Below are positions 1 to 14,076 of a DNA stretch of 64,000 bases, in pieces (position 1 is the first letter of the stretch; every line of letters starts with the position of its first letter). The stretch comes from Octopus vulgaris (Eukaryota): NCBI GenBank assembly GCA_951406725.2, contig OX597819.1, positions 43,586,001 to 43,650,000 on the forward strand, read 5' to 3'. The position numbers and the translations under genes were made by a program. The notes beneath the pieces were generated by a model. The model worked only from the letters and a program-made list of their open reading frames with translations, made no database searches and had not been told where the DNA came from.

Positions 1-186
1 AGGAGGATGAAGAAGAAGAAGAAGAAGAAGAAGAAGAAGAAGAAAAAGAAGAAAGAAAAGAAGATGAAGAAGAAGGAAAAGAAGATGAAGAAGAAGGAAA
101 AGAAGATGAAGAAGAAGGAAAAGAAGATGAAGAAGAAGGAAAAGAAGAAAAAGAAGGTAAAGAAGAAGAAGAAGAAGAAGAAGAAG

Positions 187-216
<30 letters not shown>
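1..216. repeat. (AAG)n-type trinucleotide microsatellite
   Basis: Direct reading; this explains the poly-K ORF at 7..252. Confidence 0.95.
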
Positions 217-217
<1 letters not shown>

Positions 218-711
218 CAGATACACAGACAAACAATACAATCAAAGGCTGAGTAAGTGACATGAGAGGTGTCAAACAAACTACGTTTCTATTGATTTTA
301 CTAAGAAATATAATTGGATTAACAAAACTTATCAAAATTTATGTCCGGTCTGATATAATTATATTGTTGATGTTGTTGTTGTTGTTGTATTTTATCTTTC
401 CCCTTAGACTTCCTATTCGTCTTCCTCTTGTGCCTCCTCTTTCTTATTCCTCCTTTTGCTTTTATATATTATAGACTTATGAAGAGCCATTTTTACCACA
501 CACATATCTTCATTATTCGTATAATTTTTGAAGGCCCACAATCACTGTTGTCATCAATGTCATTCCAGCGTCTTCCTCTGAGTCTATCGTATCGCTGTCA
601 TCGCCATCGCATTCAGCATCCTCATCACTACCACCACCAACACCACCACCACCACCACACATCGTCGCCGTCATCATCATCATCATCATCCTCATCATCA
701 TGATTACAAAT

Positions 712-920
712 TTTGGTACGAGACCAGCATTTTTGTGGGATGGGTTTAAGTCGATTACATCGATCCCAAGTACTCAACTGGTACTTATTTTATCGACCCC
801 GAAATAACGACGAAAGGCAACGTCGACTTCGGCAGAATTTGAACTCAGAACGTAGAGACGGACGAAATGCCGCAAAGCATTTTGCCCGGCATGCTAACGA
901 TTCTATCAGATCCCTGCCCT
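712..920 (-). mobile_element. tRNA-derived SINE, family with the CTTTCATCCTTTCGGGGTCGATAAA-like core
   Basis: Minus strand shows a B-box (gagttcaaattc) and the core gggtcgataaaataagtaccagt; homologous to copies at about 7968-8180, 40190-40411, 45695-45910 and 53118-53330. Confidence 0.85.
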
Positions 921-1376
921 CATCATCTTAATTAAAATTATTATAATTATTCTCTATAATATTATTCAGCTTGTTACAGTATATGAATTTAAAGGTTATT
1001 CTATAAACCACCTTAACTATGGAATAAAAATCAAGGACATAACCAGAATCTTTAACATAATAAAGCTATGTAATAAAGATTTATAAATTTATGTACCAGA
1101 ACCGAAATTTCCACGGAACTTGCGGGCTTCTTATTACTATGATCAGCATCGGTGCCGCTATTATTTTTATTATCGTTATGGACCAGTTCCTGAGATCTTT
1201 GGTTTGGTAATATTTCTGGGATCCACTGACAGATCTAGGGCTAAATTCTACACTCACATTAGCGTCGCATGGTGGTGCCTCTGGAATTTCAGGGATTTAC
1301 GGGGCTTTCAGCATCAGACTTCCCCGCTCTTTTAACCCAGCCGAGGTTCATCAAGACCCAGCTTGCCTTTCAGTAC

Positions 1377-1446
1377 CACACACACACACACACCCATACA
1401 GTCAAACACATGCATAAGATTCAAACACACAGATTCACACACAGTC

Positions 1447-1517
<71 letters not shown>

Positions 1518-1848
1518 CACATACACAGAGTCACATACACAGAGTCACATACACAGAGTCACATACACAGTTTCACTCCCCACCACAGAGTCTCACATAC
1601 ACCCACACAAAGTCTCACACATACCCACGCACAGTCATACACACACACACACACACACACACACAGTGTTACACACACCCATATACAGAGTCTCACTCCC
1701 CCCCACACACACAGACTCTCACAACCAACCACACACACACAGTCTCAAACATACCCACACAGTCACACACAGAGTCACATGCACAGAGTTACACACACAG
1801 TCACACACACACACACATACGCACACAGAATCACACACGTACACAGAG
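1377..1848. repeat. (CA)n tract with cagagtcacata-type variant units
   Basis: Direct reading. Confidence 0.9.
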
Positions 1849-2037
1849 TTTATTTCAGTCATTAGATTGTGAGCGTGTTGGGTCACCGTCTTGAACAGGT
1901 GTTAGTCAATCACATTAGCTTCAATACATATTGCACACCTCGTCGACCGTTGTCCGAACATTGCCGAATATATCCGAATTATGACAAGCAGCTGCTGTCG
2001 CACTGTTAGTAACTGGTGGTACAGAGTATGTATTAAC

Positions 2038-2345
2038 TGGCGCGTGGCTTAATGGTTAGGCTATTCGGCTCACGATTTTAAGGTTATTAGTTCGATTCCG
2101 GGTGGTGCAATATATCCTTGAGTAAAAAGAAAAAAAATTTTTTTTCATTGCACCAGTCCACCCAGCTGTCAAGAATGTAATTTAAAGAGTCAGCTTTGTC
2201 ACACTCTGTGTCACGCTGAATCTCCTCGAGAACTACGTTTAGGGTTCACGTGTCTGTGGAGTGCCCAGCCACTTGCACGTTAAATTCTCGAGCAGGCTGT
2301 TCGGCTAATCGAATCAGCTGGAACCCTCATCGTCGTAACCGACTG
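2038..2345 (+). mobile_element. tRNA-derived SINE (diverged)
   Basis: A-box tggcttaatgg and B-box gttcgattcc; the 3' body gtcacactctgtgtcacgctgaat...cgtcgtaaccgac is shared with the reverse complement of 36955-37130. Confidence 0.8.
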
Positions 2346-2667
2346 AGGGTCAGGCCAAGTGGTGGTGGTGGTGGGGTTAATGGTAATGGTATTACATGGT
2401 GGCGATGGAAGTCAGATCAGGGATCCCATCAAGAGCTGACGAGAGCTGCTACTGGTACCATGTAAACCAGTACTACCGGCTTCATAGCCGGGTGGGCGCC
2501 AACTGAGCCGGCTCCTCCACTTGACTAGCTTGCTACTCTTGTGAGGAGGGTGTTCTTGTTACGCAGTAGGACTAAAAACAATATCTGTCGAAGGCCGGGT
2601 GAGCTCCTTGTTTGGCAACGGCCGACTAGTTGGGAAAAGCAACGGCACTCTGCCCAAAGTCAATGTG

Positions 2668-2905
2668 CAGCGCGCAATTTAGTGGTTAGAGTGTTAAAAC
2701 CATTATCGTGATATTGTGGTTTCACTTCCTGGATCGGGCGATGTGTTGTATTCTTGTGCAAATCGCTTCCTTTGTACATTGCACTAGTCCACTTAGCTGG
2801 CAAAAATAAGTAATCCTACGAAGGACCGGCGTCCCGTCCAGGGTGGAACATATACTTCACAGAATCCAGGAAACCGGCTGTATAAATCTCTATGAATCTC
2901 TATGG
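2668..2905 (+). mobile_element. degenerate tRNA-derived SINE
   Basis: Head agtggttagagtg...; tail gaccggcgtcccgtccagg...ggaaaccgg resembles the tail of 8363-8663. Confidence 0.65.
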
Positions 2906-2947
2906 AACCTAGCTTTGCCAAGAAAACACTCTGAGAAAAGCCAGAAT

Positions 2948-3364
2948 AGGCGCGTGAGTGGCTGTGTGGTAAGTAGCTTGTTTACCAACCGCATAGTACC
3001 GGGTTCAGTCCCACTGTGTGGCACCTTGGGCAAGTGTCTTCTACTAAAGCTTCGGGCCGACCAAAGCCTTGTGAGTGGATTTGGTAGACGGAAACTGAAA
3101 GAAGCCCGTCGTATATATGTATATGTATATATATGTTTGTGTGTTTGTGTCTGTTTGTCCCCTCCCCCCCAACATCGCTTGACAACCGATGCTGGTGTAT
3201 TTACGCCTCCGTAACTTAGTGGCTCGGTAAAAGAGACCGATTGAATAAGTACTAGGCTTACAAAGAATAAATCCTGGAGTCGATTTGCTCGACTAAAAGG
3301 TAGTGCTCCAGCATGACCGTAGTCAGATGACTGAAACAAGTAAAAGAATAAAAAGAGTAAGAGT
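2948..3364 (+). mobile_element. abundant ~400-bp SINE with internal (TA)/(TG) tract and (AAAGAGT)n tail
   Basis: Head gtggctgtgtggtaagtagcttg...gggttcagtcccactg; related copies at 10508, 13241, 32265, 51790 and 55320. Confidence 0.9.
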
Positions 3365-3490
3365 AACGAAGTAACGTTGTCGATTCATTCGACTGGAGGA
3401 CTCGCGTTTAATCGGAAAGAGATTTGGTGGAGCGCATTCCCGATTAAACGCGAGTCCTCCAGTCGAATGAATCGACAACGTTACTTCGTT
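3365..3490. repeat. perfect 51-bp inverted repeat with 24-nt spacer
   Basis: 3365-3415 is the exact reverse complement of 3440-3490. Confidence 0.95.
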
Positions 3491-4072
3491 CTGGGAGTGG
3501 TTCCGGTGGCGGGTACTGGTTGTAGAGGGGTTAGTTGTTGTTGGTGAATAGAGTGAGAGTGGAGGTGTTCTTCATGGGTATATGGTTGGAAACGATAGTC
3601 AGGAATCTCCATTCCTTCTTTCGAATTGGCTGGAAAAGAATAATTAAAGAATTTGAATATGAAAATGCCGAAGAGGTGAATGGATGGGTATATGATAACA
3701 GTAATGGGTTAGGTTTGTTTTGGTGGTAGTGGTGGTGGTGGTGAGAAATAGAGATGAGGTGATAGAAAGAGAGAGAGGTAAAGAGAGAGAGAGAGAGAGA
3801 GAGAGAAAGATAGAGAGAATGAGAGAGAGAGAGATGGTTAGAGATAGAATGCAAAGGTGTCCGTGTCTTCTGTTTATGTATGTGTGTATGTGTATGCGAG
3901 TCTCTCTCTCTCTCGGTTCACCTCTGCGTGTCTTTGTGTGTGTGTGTGTATGTGTGTGTGTGTGTGAATGGTGAGATAAGAATTAGTGCCTGTGAGAGGA
4001 AGAGGCAGTAAAAGTAAGGGTCGGAGAGAAAGAGTTGACATGTTCGCCCCCCCAATATATATACATATCACA

Positions 4073-5281
<1,209 letters not shown>

Positions 5282-5549
5282 CTATTAATACCAAATAGTC
5301 ATTATACGTATTCTACTTAAATATGCACGCATGCGTGCATTTATTTTCAATTGACGTCCAGCATACCTTTATTCTGCTATTCTGGTCCATATTTTGTTAC
5401 CTCCACCTCAATGCACAATGTCATTTCCTCACGATATTACCTCTACCCTAAACCATAGCCATTGCCACGCTAGAGAACAAGATCTGTTCGCCCATTCACT
5501 CATCCGTCCATACCATTCCATTCCATTCCATCCATCGATCCGTTCAATC

Positions 5550-5550
<1 letters not shown>

Positions 5551-5580
<30 letters not shown>

Positions 5581-6252
5581 CTTCTTCTTCTTCTTCTTCT
5601 TCTTCTTCTTCTTCTTCTTCTTCTTCTCCTCCTCCTCCTTCTTCTTCTTCTTCTTCTTCTTCTTCTTCTTCTTCTCCTTCTCCTTCTTCTTCTTCCTCTT
5701 GTTGTTGTCGTTGTTGTTGTTGTTGTTCTTGTTCTTCTTCTTCCTCTTGTTGTTGTTGTTGTTGTTGCTCTTCTTCTTCTTCTTCTTCTTCTTCTTCTTC
5801 TTCTTCTTCTTGTTGTTGCTGTTGTTGTTGTTGTTGTTGTTTGTTGTTGTTGTTGTTGTTGTTGTTTTTGTTCTTCTTTTTCTTCGTTTTTCTTTTCATT
5901 CTTCGTTCTTCTTCGTTCATCTTCTTCGCCTTCTGTTCATTCTTCGTTGATCTTTTCTCCTCATTTGCCTTCTTATTTCCATTGTTGTTGTTGTTGTTCT
6001 TCTTCTTCTTGTTCTTCTTGTTCTTCTTGTTCTTCTTGTTCTTCTTCTTGTTCTTCTTGTTCTTCTTCTTTTTGTTCTTCTTCTTCTTGTTCTTCTTTTT
6101 CTGGTTCTTCTTCTTGTTCTTCTTGTTCTTCTTGTTCTTGTTCTTGTTCTTGTTGTTGTTGTTGTTGTTGTTGTTCTTCTTCTTCTTCTTCTTCTTCTTC
6201 TTCTTCTTCTTCTTCTTCTTCTTCTTCTTCTTCTTCTTCTTCTTCTTCTTCT
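5551..6252. repeat. long compound (TTC)n/(TTG)n trinucleotide tract
   Basis: Direct reading; source of the poly-S/E/F ORFs. Confidence 0.95.
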
Positions 6253-7447
6253 GTCATCCTCCTTTTTTGTATCTTGAAACACAATGAAGTACGGGTACGA
6301 TCAAATTTTGGCTTTAACAGCTTCGATTTCATTTTAGCCATTTCCATGCCACCTCTTGGGAAATGAAGTCTGCTGCATGACCAAGATTAACGGATTAGAT
6401 TAAGGTACAGAGAATTAGCTTTGATTGCACTTTTCTTTTCTTTTTCTCTTTTTTCTGTTTTATTTATTTATTTATTTATTTTCGTTTGGCATTTATAATT
6501 TTATCATTCTAATCCCGTCTGATTTGAAATTCATTTATGGAAGAACTCCGTAGGTGAGAAGAGAGAAGAAGGCGAGGAAAAAAAGGCGGAGGAAGAGGAG
6601 GGGGAAGAAAGAGGAAGAAGAAGAAGAAGAAGAAGAAGAAGAAGAAGAAGAAGAAGAAGAAGGTAAAAGAGAAATGAATGAAATAAGATATAGTAGACCA
6701 GAAGACAAAAGAAGACCATAGCAAAAGAATAAAATATAATAAAATACAAGAAATAAAAATGGAAGGGGAATAGTAAGAGAAAATGCTGGTAAAAATGAGA
6801 AAAAAAATAGAGTAGAACGAGGGGGAGGAGGAGAAGAAAGGAAGAGGAGGAGAAGGGAAGAGAAGAGAAGAGAAGAGAAGAAGAAGGCAGGAGGAGTGGA
6901 GAAGGAAGAGGTGCATAATATGAAAAAAATATGTAGAAGAAAATAGACACAAGAGAGATAACTAACGTAATTAATAAATAGATAAAAAAAATAAAGCTTG
7001 TCAAAGGAAATACAGTGCTGACCTCTATCTCACGCATAAATAAAATGTTAGATAATAAAAGAATAAATAAATTGATAACAGATAATGAGTGATTAGCGGA
7101 ATGAATACGTGAATGAACGAATGAAAGTTAATGAATATAAAGAATGAAAAAATGTTATGGGGAAGGAAGGAGCAGTTGTTTTTATTGTTGATTAATATCC
7201 AGAGTATCCCTAGACATACAATCGGCTTTAATATATACAAACGGTAGGACATTTGGAGGGAGGGAGTTAGTTAATGAAACTGACTTGTTGTTACTTTATT
7301 TATCGATCTCGAAAGAGTAAAAGGAAACCAAGGCTGATTTCATTGGGATTTGAACTCGGAGTGCAAAGAACCGGAATAAATAAGGTGAAGTACTATTGTA
7401 CGACACTCTAACGATTCTGCAAATTCATCAGATTTAACGGATATATT

Positions 7448-7934
7448 TTTTATTAGACCCCTTTCGGTCATGAATGACCATGGGATTGCACCTAGAAAGT
7501 TACCCTCCGAGGCACAAGTCCGGGCAAGGTTGTTTATAGAAGACCAGCAGTCGCCCACGCGTACCAGCCTCCCCTCTCCACGCCACCAATGTTATCCAAG
7601 GGAAGGCAAAGGCCGATACAGCTTGGTACCAGTGACGTCGCAACTCATTTATTAACGTGTACCCTTAACGTAGTTCTCGGGGATATTCAGCGTGACACAG
7701 AGTGTGACAAGGCTGGCCCTTTGAAATACAAGTACAACAGAAATAGGAAGAAAGAGTGAGAGAAAGTTGTAGTGAAAGAATACAGCAGGATTCACCACCA
7801 CCCGCTGCCGGAACCTCGCGGAGCTTTAGGTGTTTTCGCTCAATAAACACTTACAATGCCCGGTCTTGGAATCAAGATCGCGATCCTACGACCGCGAGTC
7901 CGCTGCCCTAACCACTGGGCCATTGCGCCTCCAC
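7448..7934 (-). mobile_element. chimeric SINE: tRNA-Arg-like head family fused to the 3' part of a second SINE family, with 12-bp TSD
   Basis: TSD aacggatatatt at 7436-7447 and 7935-7946; about 7651-7934 matches the 36955-37341 family and about 7456-7650 matches the 12720-13040 family. Confidence 0.85.
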
Positions 7935-8362
7935 AACGGATATATTATTGCTTGAAAATTTAGGCAAGAGGCAAGACGTCGAACTGACAGAATCGTTAAC
8001 ACGCCGAGCAAAATGCTTAGCGATATTTCATCCGTCTTTATGTTGAATTACGTCGAGGTCGACTTTGTCTTTCATCTCTTTCGGGGGTCGATAAAATAAG
8101 TACCAGCAGTGAACTGGAATCTACATAATCGAGTTGAATCCTCCTCCACAATTGCTGGCCTTGTGTCGAAATATGAAGTAAATTTAGGCGCAAGGCCAAC
8201 AGTTTTGAAAGGAGGAGTGCTAGTCAGTACCATCAACACTAGTACTTGACAGGTACTATATTTTAATGATCGTGAAAAGATAAAGGTGAAAGATTACATC
8301 AACCAGATTTGAAACCATTACACTAAGTATCAGAACAAATACTGAAAAGCATATTGTCTGAC

Positions 8363-8663
8363 GTGGAGGCACATGGCCTAGTGGTTAGAGCAGCAGACTC
8401 GCGGTTGAGGGATCGCGGGTTCGAATCCCAGATAGGGTGATGTGTATGTTTATGAGCGAAACATATGCGGCTCCGGCAGATGGTAATGGCGAACTTCTGC
8501 TGACTCTTTCGCCACAACTTTCTCTCACTCTTTCCTCCTGCATCTAGCAGCTCACTTGTGACAGACCTGTATCCCGTCCCGTCCCTTGGGGAACCTATAC
8601 GTCAATGAAACCGGGAAACCGGCCCTTATGAGCCAGGCATGGCTCGAGAAGTAACAAACAACA
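8363..8663 (+). mobile_element. tRNA-Arg-like SINE (OR-type) with (AAC)n tail
   Basis: Head gtggaggcacatggcctagtggttagagcagcagactcgcgg with B-box ggttcgaatccc; homologous to the reverse complement of 12219-12522. Confidence 0.88.
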
Positions 8664-10359
8664 TGTCCCCCGACACTTCACTGATTTTCTAGTCTCACGC
8701 CTTTTAGTAGATATATAATGAATGAAAATGGTTCCAGCAGTTATTATCTAGAATATCCTCTCCTTGGTTATTTGATAGCAATTTTTAGTAGATCATGTAA
8801 AGGATGACTAAAAATTTTTTTGATGCCACCAACTCTTGTTTCGACGAATTATGTATTATGAATTTGTTTTCAAAATTCAGAATGATTTGCCGTGAAATTA
8901 TGATAATTAAATAAAAGAAATATTAAAAAAATGATCCCATCAAAAGATGAAAGAACGCCTCACAAAGTAAACGGCTAGCCATATATAGAGATGACATATG
9001 CTACTAGATTATCTGCCCCTTGTATTACGCCTTGTTGTGTTTCTCTAGTTTCCTTAGGTTATGGAAGCTAGATGAACTATTAACCACAATCTTCGATGTT
9101 ATTTTACTTTCTATTACTGTATTTTCACGAAGTACATATCAAACATCCGAGAAGAGATTAGGCTCTATCATCTCGTAACTGCTACGGCAGTTCTCGATAA
9201 AGATAGACAAAATACCAACCTCGAATTTGAACTCATAACCCGGGAGAAAGGAGTCCAATAACCATATTCACTCAGCCATCTCGTTTATACAGAATCGTTT
9301 AATGTCCTGCAATCAATTCCTTGTGACGTCCCCTTCTACACTGTTTAAAATAAACTGGACAGAGCAATTGGAGTGATACAGGCCAGTAGATTGTGTATAG
9401 TGATTGACATGAAACACGGTGTGTGAACCCAGGAAACCATATCTTCGCTTGCTTTTCATTTTTAATAAGAGACTGCTAGTTCGCTCCTGAAATAATTTAA
9501 TTAGCATTAGGAAAATGTCTGAATATCTGATTACCATTTTTCTTTTCATGTTAAAAAAAAAATTCTCATAGATTATGTGAATGATGATATTTAGTTACAT
9601 ATCGCCTTATTTTTATGGTCAAACCTCACCAAAGCTGATCTCAGTTTTTATGAATTCGGGTTGATGTAATTGGGGTTGATAAAATAAATACCAGTCGTAA
9701 TCAGCCGTCAATATAATCGACTGTTTTTTTTTCCCTTTAAAATTTCTGGTTTTGTGCCTGTGTCGATATTATTATGGCTTTAATTAAAGGTGTAGCACAT
9801 TTTAGAATCACTAGAACATCAAGAAAATGCCTTACGATATATGTTCTGAGTTAAAAAATGTGGTGGATTTTCAGAAATTCACCGCATTTTTAGAGCATCA
9901 AACAAAATCCCTTGTGGTGTTTGCTTCGGCTCTCTATGTTCTGAGTTCATATTCCACCAACGTCAGTTTTGCTTTTTCATCTCAGCAAAGTAGAAGCTGT
10001 GTGGTAACATTATAATTGGATTTCCTTTTCACGGGTCATGGGTTCAGATCTGATGCTGGTATAGTAGCAAAGCTAGTGACAGAAAGACTAGAGTGTCGGA
10101 TCCCTCTTCCTCTGGTTGGTCTTGTCCTGAAAGAGATGACCCCTCTGTTTCCCAATCAGTGTCACAAAGTCAAAGGAAGGAAAGCATTTATATTTAGTTT
10201 TTCGTCACTTGAATTTATAAGTTTAAATTCTAATAGAATAGATTTCACCTTCCATTTTGTGCAAGTCAGGCGCCATTTTTACAAAATTATGGCTTTGGGC
10301 CTGTGTTATGTAATTGTTATTTACTTCAGAATTTTGTTTTTCTTCCTTATTAAGCACAA

Positions 10360-11135
10360 GCATGACTGTATGGTTAAGAAGCTTGCTTTGCAATCATGTG
10401 GTTTCGGGTTCAGTCCCACTGCGCGGCACCTTGGGCAAGTGTCTTCCACCGTAGCCCCGGGCCGACTAATGCCTTGTCAGTGAATTCGCTAGGCGGAAAC
10501 TGTGTGGAAGCAGGAGCGGCTTTGTGTTAAGTAGCTTGCTTACCAGCCACATGGTTCCGGGTTCAGTCCCACTGCGTGGCACCTTGGGCAAGTGTCTTCT
10601 ACTATAGCTTCGGGCCGACCAAAGCCTTGTGAGTGGATTTGGTAGGAGGAAACTGAAAGAACCCCGTCGTATATATGTATATATGTATATGTATGTGTGT
10701 GTATGTGTTTGTGTGTCTGTGTTTGTCCTCCCCACCAACATCGCTTGACAACCGATGGTGGTGTGTTTACGTCTCCGTAACTTAGCGGATCGGCAAAAGA
10801 GACCGATAGAATAAGTACTAGGCTTACAAAGAATAAGTCCTGGGGTCGATTTGCTCGACTAAAAGCGACTGAAACAAATAAATGACTGAAACAAATAAAA
10901 GAGTAAAGAAAGAGAGTATACATGTATATATATATGCGCGCGCGTGTATGTGTGTTTGTTCCACACCATTGCTTGATAACCAATGTTGGTTTGCGTACGT
11001 CCCCGTAAATTAGCAGTTCGGGATAAGAGACCGACAGGATAAGTTTACTGGGGGTCAATTTCTTCGACTAAACCCTTAAATGCGGGGCACTAGCTCGGCC
11101 ACAATCCAATGACCGAAACAGTTAAAGGTAAAAGT
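10360..11135 (+). mobile_element. nested SINEs: younger copy at about 10508-10915 between the 5' and 3' parts of an older copy of the same superfamily
   Basis: The head sequence gggttcagtcccactgcg...gggccgac occurs twice (about 10406 and 10559), and a second 3' part occurs at about 10940-11135. Confidence 0.8.
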
Positions 11136-11756
11136 ATCAGGGTGGAGAACAATAATAATCTTTAGAATATCCAACAAATTGCTTTGCAGCATTTATTCAA
11201 ATCTAATTCAGATCTTCGCCTAGTCACCTTTATCCAAATTATAAGATACCACTCAAGAACTGGTGTCGATGTAATCGGCGAAATCTCACCCCTCAAAATT
11301 TGGGGCCTTATACCTAAATTACAAACAATCATTTTTCCGTTTTTTTTTTGTTAGGGTTAAGTTTATTTCTGTCATTTATACAATGTAAATCCTCTGTCGT
11401 TTTACTTATATATTTTTAAAAATATTTTTTTCTTTGTATTCCGCTCAAGTACCGTTCCTCTAATTCTTAGGCCCTTGTGGCAAAAGAGAGAAGCCCATAT
11501 TATAATTAGTGATAATCTATTGTTGTATATTAATTAAAATGTTGTAGATTCACTAAGCTGTGAACTAAATGGTGTATTGCAGGTTTATTTGTTATTAGGT
11601 ATTGATAATTGGTGCGACGGTATGGATGAAAGAGAGAAAGAGGGAGAAATAGGAAGAGTGAGAGAGAGAGAGAGAAAGATCAAATAGGATGCAAATGAAA
11701 GGGACGGAAAATGGATAAAGTATTTATACAGGAGCCTTGGAGATCAAGTGATTTGA

Positions 11757-11794
11757 ATAATAATAATATCTACTAATATCAACTGATGATGATG

Positions 11795-11840
<46 letters not shown>

Positions 11841-11988
11841 GAAGAAGAAGAAGAAGAAGACAAAGAAGATGATGATGAGGTAGAAGCAAAATAAAGAAGA
11901 AACGAGGAATAGATTAAAATATAATACAGAAACGAAGAAAAAGATTACACAACAATAACAACTACTACTGCTGCTGCTGCTGCTGCTG

Positions 11989-12036
<48 letters not shown>

Positions 12037-12075
12037 TTGCTGCTGCTGCCGCTGCTGTTGCTACTACTATTACTA
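11757..12075. repeat. (AAT)n/(AAG)n/(CTA)n/(CTG)n trinucleotide tracts
   Basis: Direct reading. Confidence 0.9.
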
Positions 12076-12218
12076 TTTCTATTGGCCTTTAGTTCCCGTC
12101 TGTACAATATAAAGCATGCCATGCAAAATGTGATACAAAAAGCAGGAATTCCTTTTCACAAATATACTCCCCACCCATTGCAAAATGCAAAAAAGAACAA
12201 AGTTTAGTGTTTATATTA

Positions 12219-12522
12219 TATTTGTTGTTGTTCCTTCTCGAGCCACGCCTGGCTCATAGGGCTGGTTTCCCGGTTTCCTTGGCGTATAGGTTCCCCACTT
12301 GGACGGAACGCCGGTCCGTCGAAGGTGAGCTGCAAGATGCAGGAGGAAAGAGTGAAAGTTGTGGCGAAAGAGTCAGCAGAAGTTCGCCATTACCTTCTGC
12401 CGGAGATGCGTGGAGCTTAGGTGTTTCGCTCATAAACACACACATCGCACGGTCTGAGATTCGAACCCGCAATCCCTCGACCGCGAGTCCTCTGCTCTAG
12501 CCACTACTCCATATGCCTCCAC
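12219..12522 (-). mobile_element. tRNA-Arg-like SINE, same family as 8363-8663
   Basis: Full length; candidate TSD ttatatta at 12211-12218 and 12523-12530. Confidence 0.88.
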
Positions 12523-12719
12523 TTATATTACCAATTTTGAATATCTCTGAATGGGCAGTATAATATCTAAGGCCTTTCCGTCGTATTTATATAACTGTTT
12601 GTTCATCCCTACATCTCTTTTTCACACCTTTTGCAATATGCTGTACATGTGAAATGATTTTGGTGAAATAAAAAAAAAAGAAAAGAAAATTAAACCTGTT
12701 CGGTTGTATCGTTAGAGAA

Positions 12720-13040
12720 AAGGATCCCCTTCGGTCATGAATGGTATTGCACCTAGAAAGTTCCCCTCCGAGGCACAATTCCAGGTAAGGTTGTTTTATG
12801 AAAGACCAGCAGTCACCCATGCATGACAGCCTTCCCACTCCACGCCACCAATGTCATCCAAGGGAATGACAACGACCGACACAGCTTGACACCAGTGACA
12901 TCGCAACTCATTTTTACTGTTGAAGGAACATGAAATAAAGTGTCATGGTCAAGAACACAATATACAGCCCGGTCCGGGAATCGAACTCACTACATCGTGT
13001 TTGTGAGCCTGACGCTCTAACCACTGAGCCATGCGCCTTC
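12720..13040 (-). mobile_element. tRNA-derived SINE with 12-bp TSD, inserted at the 5' end of an older plus-strand SINE
   Basis: TSD atcgttagagaa at 12708-12719 and 13041-13052; tRNA-like head at about 12970-13040. Confidence 0.88.
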
Positions 13041-13240
13041 ATCGTTAGAGAATCGGACAAAATTTATTACAGTATTTCTTCTACCCGTTTACGCATCAAG
13101 TTCAAATCCATCTACAGCAAATTATGCCATTCATCCTTCCAGGATCGGTAAAAATAAAATACCAGGTAAGTATTCGTTACAGACAAAATATTCCTTCCCC
13201 ACCAAAATATCTGAATTTCTGTCTATGCAAAAAATTATTA

Positions 13241-13449
13241 TACTCTTTTACTCTTTTACTTGTTTCAGTCATTTGACTGCGGCCATGCTGGAGCACCGCC
13301 TTTAATCGAGCAACTCGACCCCGGGACTTATTCTTTTGAAAGCCCAGTACTTATTCTATCAGTCTCTTTTGCCGAACCGCTAAGTAACGGGGACATAAAC
13401 ACACCAGCATCGGTTGTCAAGCAATGCTAGGGGGACAAACACAGACACA

Positions 13450-13519
<70 letters not shown>

Positions 13520-13691
13520 CATATATACGACGGGCTTTTTTCAGTTTCCATCTACCAAATCCACTCACAAGGCTTTGGTCGGCCCGAGGCTATAGTAGAA
13601 GGCACTTGCCCAAGGTGCCACGCAGTGGGACTGAACCCGGAACCATGTGGCTGGTAAACAAGCTACTTACCACACAGCCACTCCTGCGCCT
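13241..13691 (-). mobile_element. full-length abundant SINE (family of 2948-3364)
   Basis: Reverse-complement homology over the whole length, including the tail tactcttttactctttt. Confidence 0.9.
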
Positions 13692-13692
13692 G

Positions 13693-14002
13693 TTTATTAT
13701 TCTTAAGCAAGAATATTGTTGACAGTCACTTCGAAGTTTCGGCTTGCTCAGCCATCATCGAACTAGTTCTGATAACAGAAGATGGGCCTGTGGCTAAGGA
13801 CTCAAAGAAGGCTGGCACCACCTAGACATGTACCAAATAAGTCGTCCACAGATGTGCAGATATACCATGAAGTCACATGAACCAGTATCTCCAGCGATGG
13901 CTTAACTGGCCGAAACTTCGAAGTTAGTATCAATAATATTCTTTTTTAAGAATAATAAATTTGTACTCTACAAAAGTATAGAGTAACCTTTCAGATTAAT
14001 GA
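13693..14002. mobile_element. Penelope-like terminal-repeat remnant in inverted arrangement with degenerate hammerhead motif
   Basis: Imperfect ~65-bp inverted arms at 13693-13757 and 13895-13959, containing gatggc..gccgaaacttcgaagt; the same family occurs at 48845-49020. Confidence 0.6.
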
Positions 14003-14076
14003 TTAATAGATTTTATTATAACTGATCATAAAATGAAATATTAATATATTACATCATAGATTATTCTTGAGACATA

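Noticed and set aside
2405-2665. ctgacga motif as a hammerhead in a GC-richer unclassified segment
   Set aside because: No helix II followed by GAAA could be found; probably an unclassified retroelement fragment.
5394-6366. Long ORFs (up to 297 aa) rich in S/F/E/Q
   Set aside because: Translations of (TTC)/(TTG) repeats, open in several frames on both strands.
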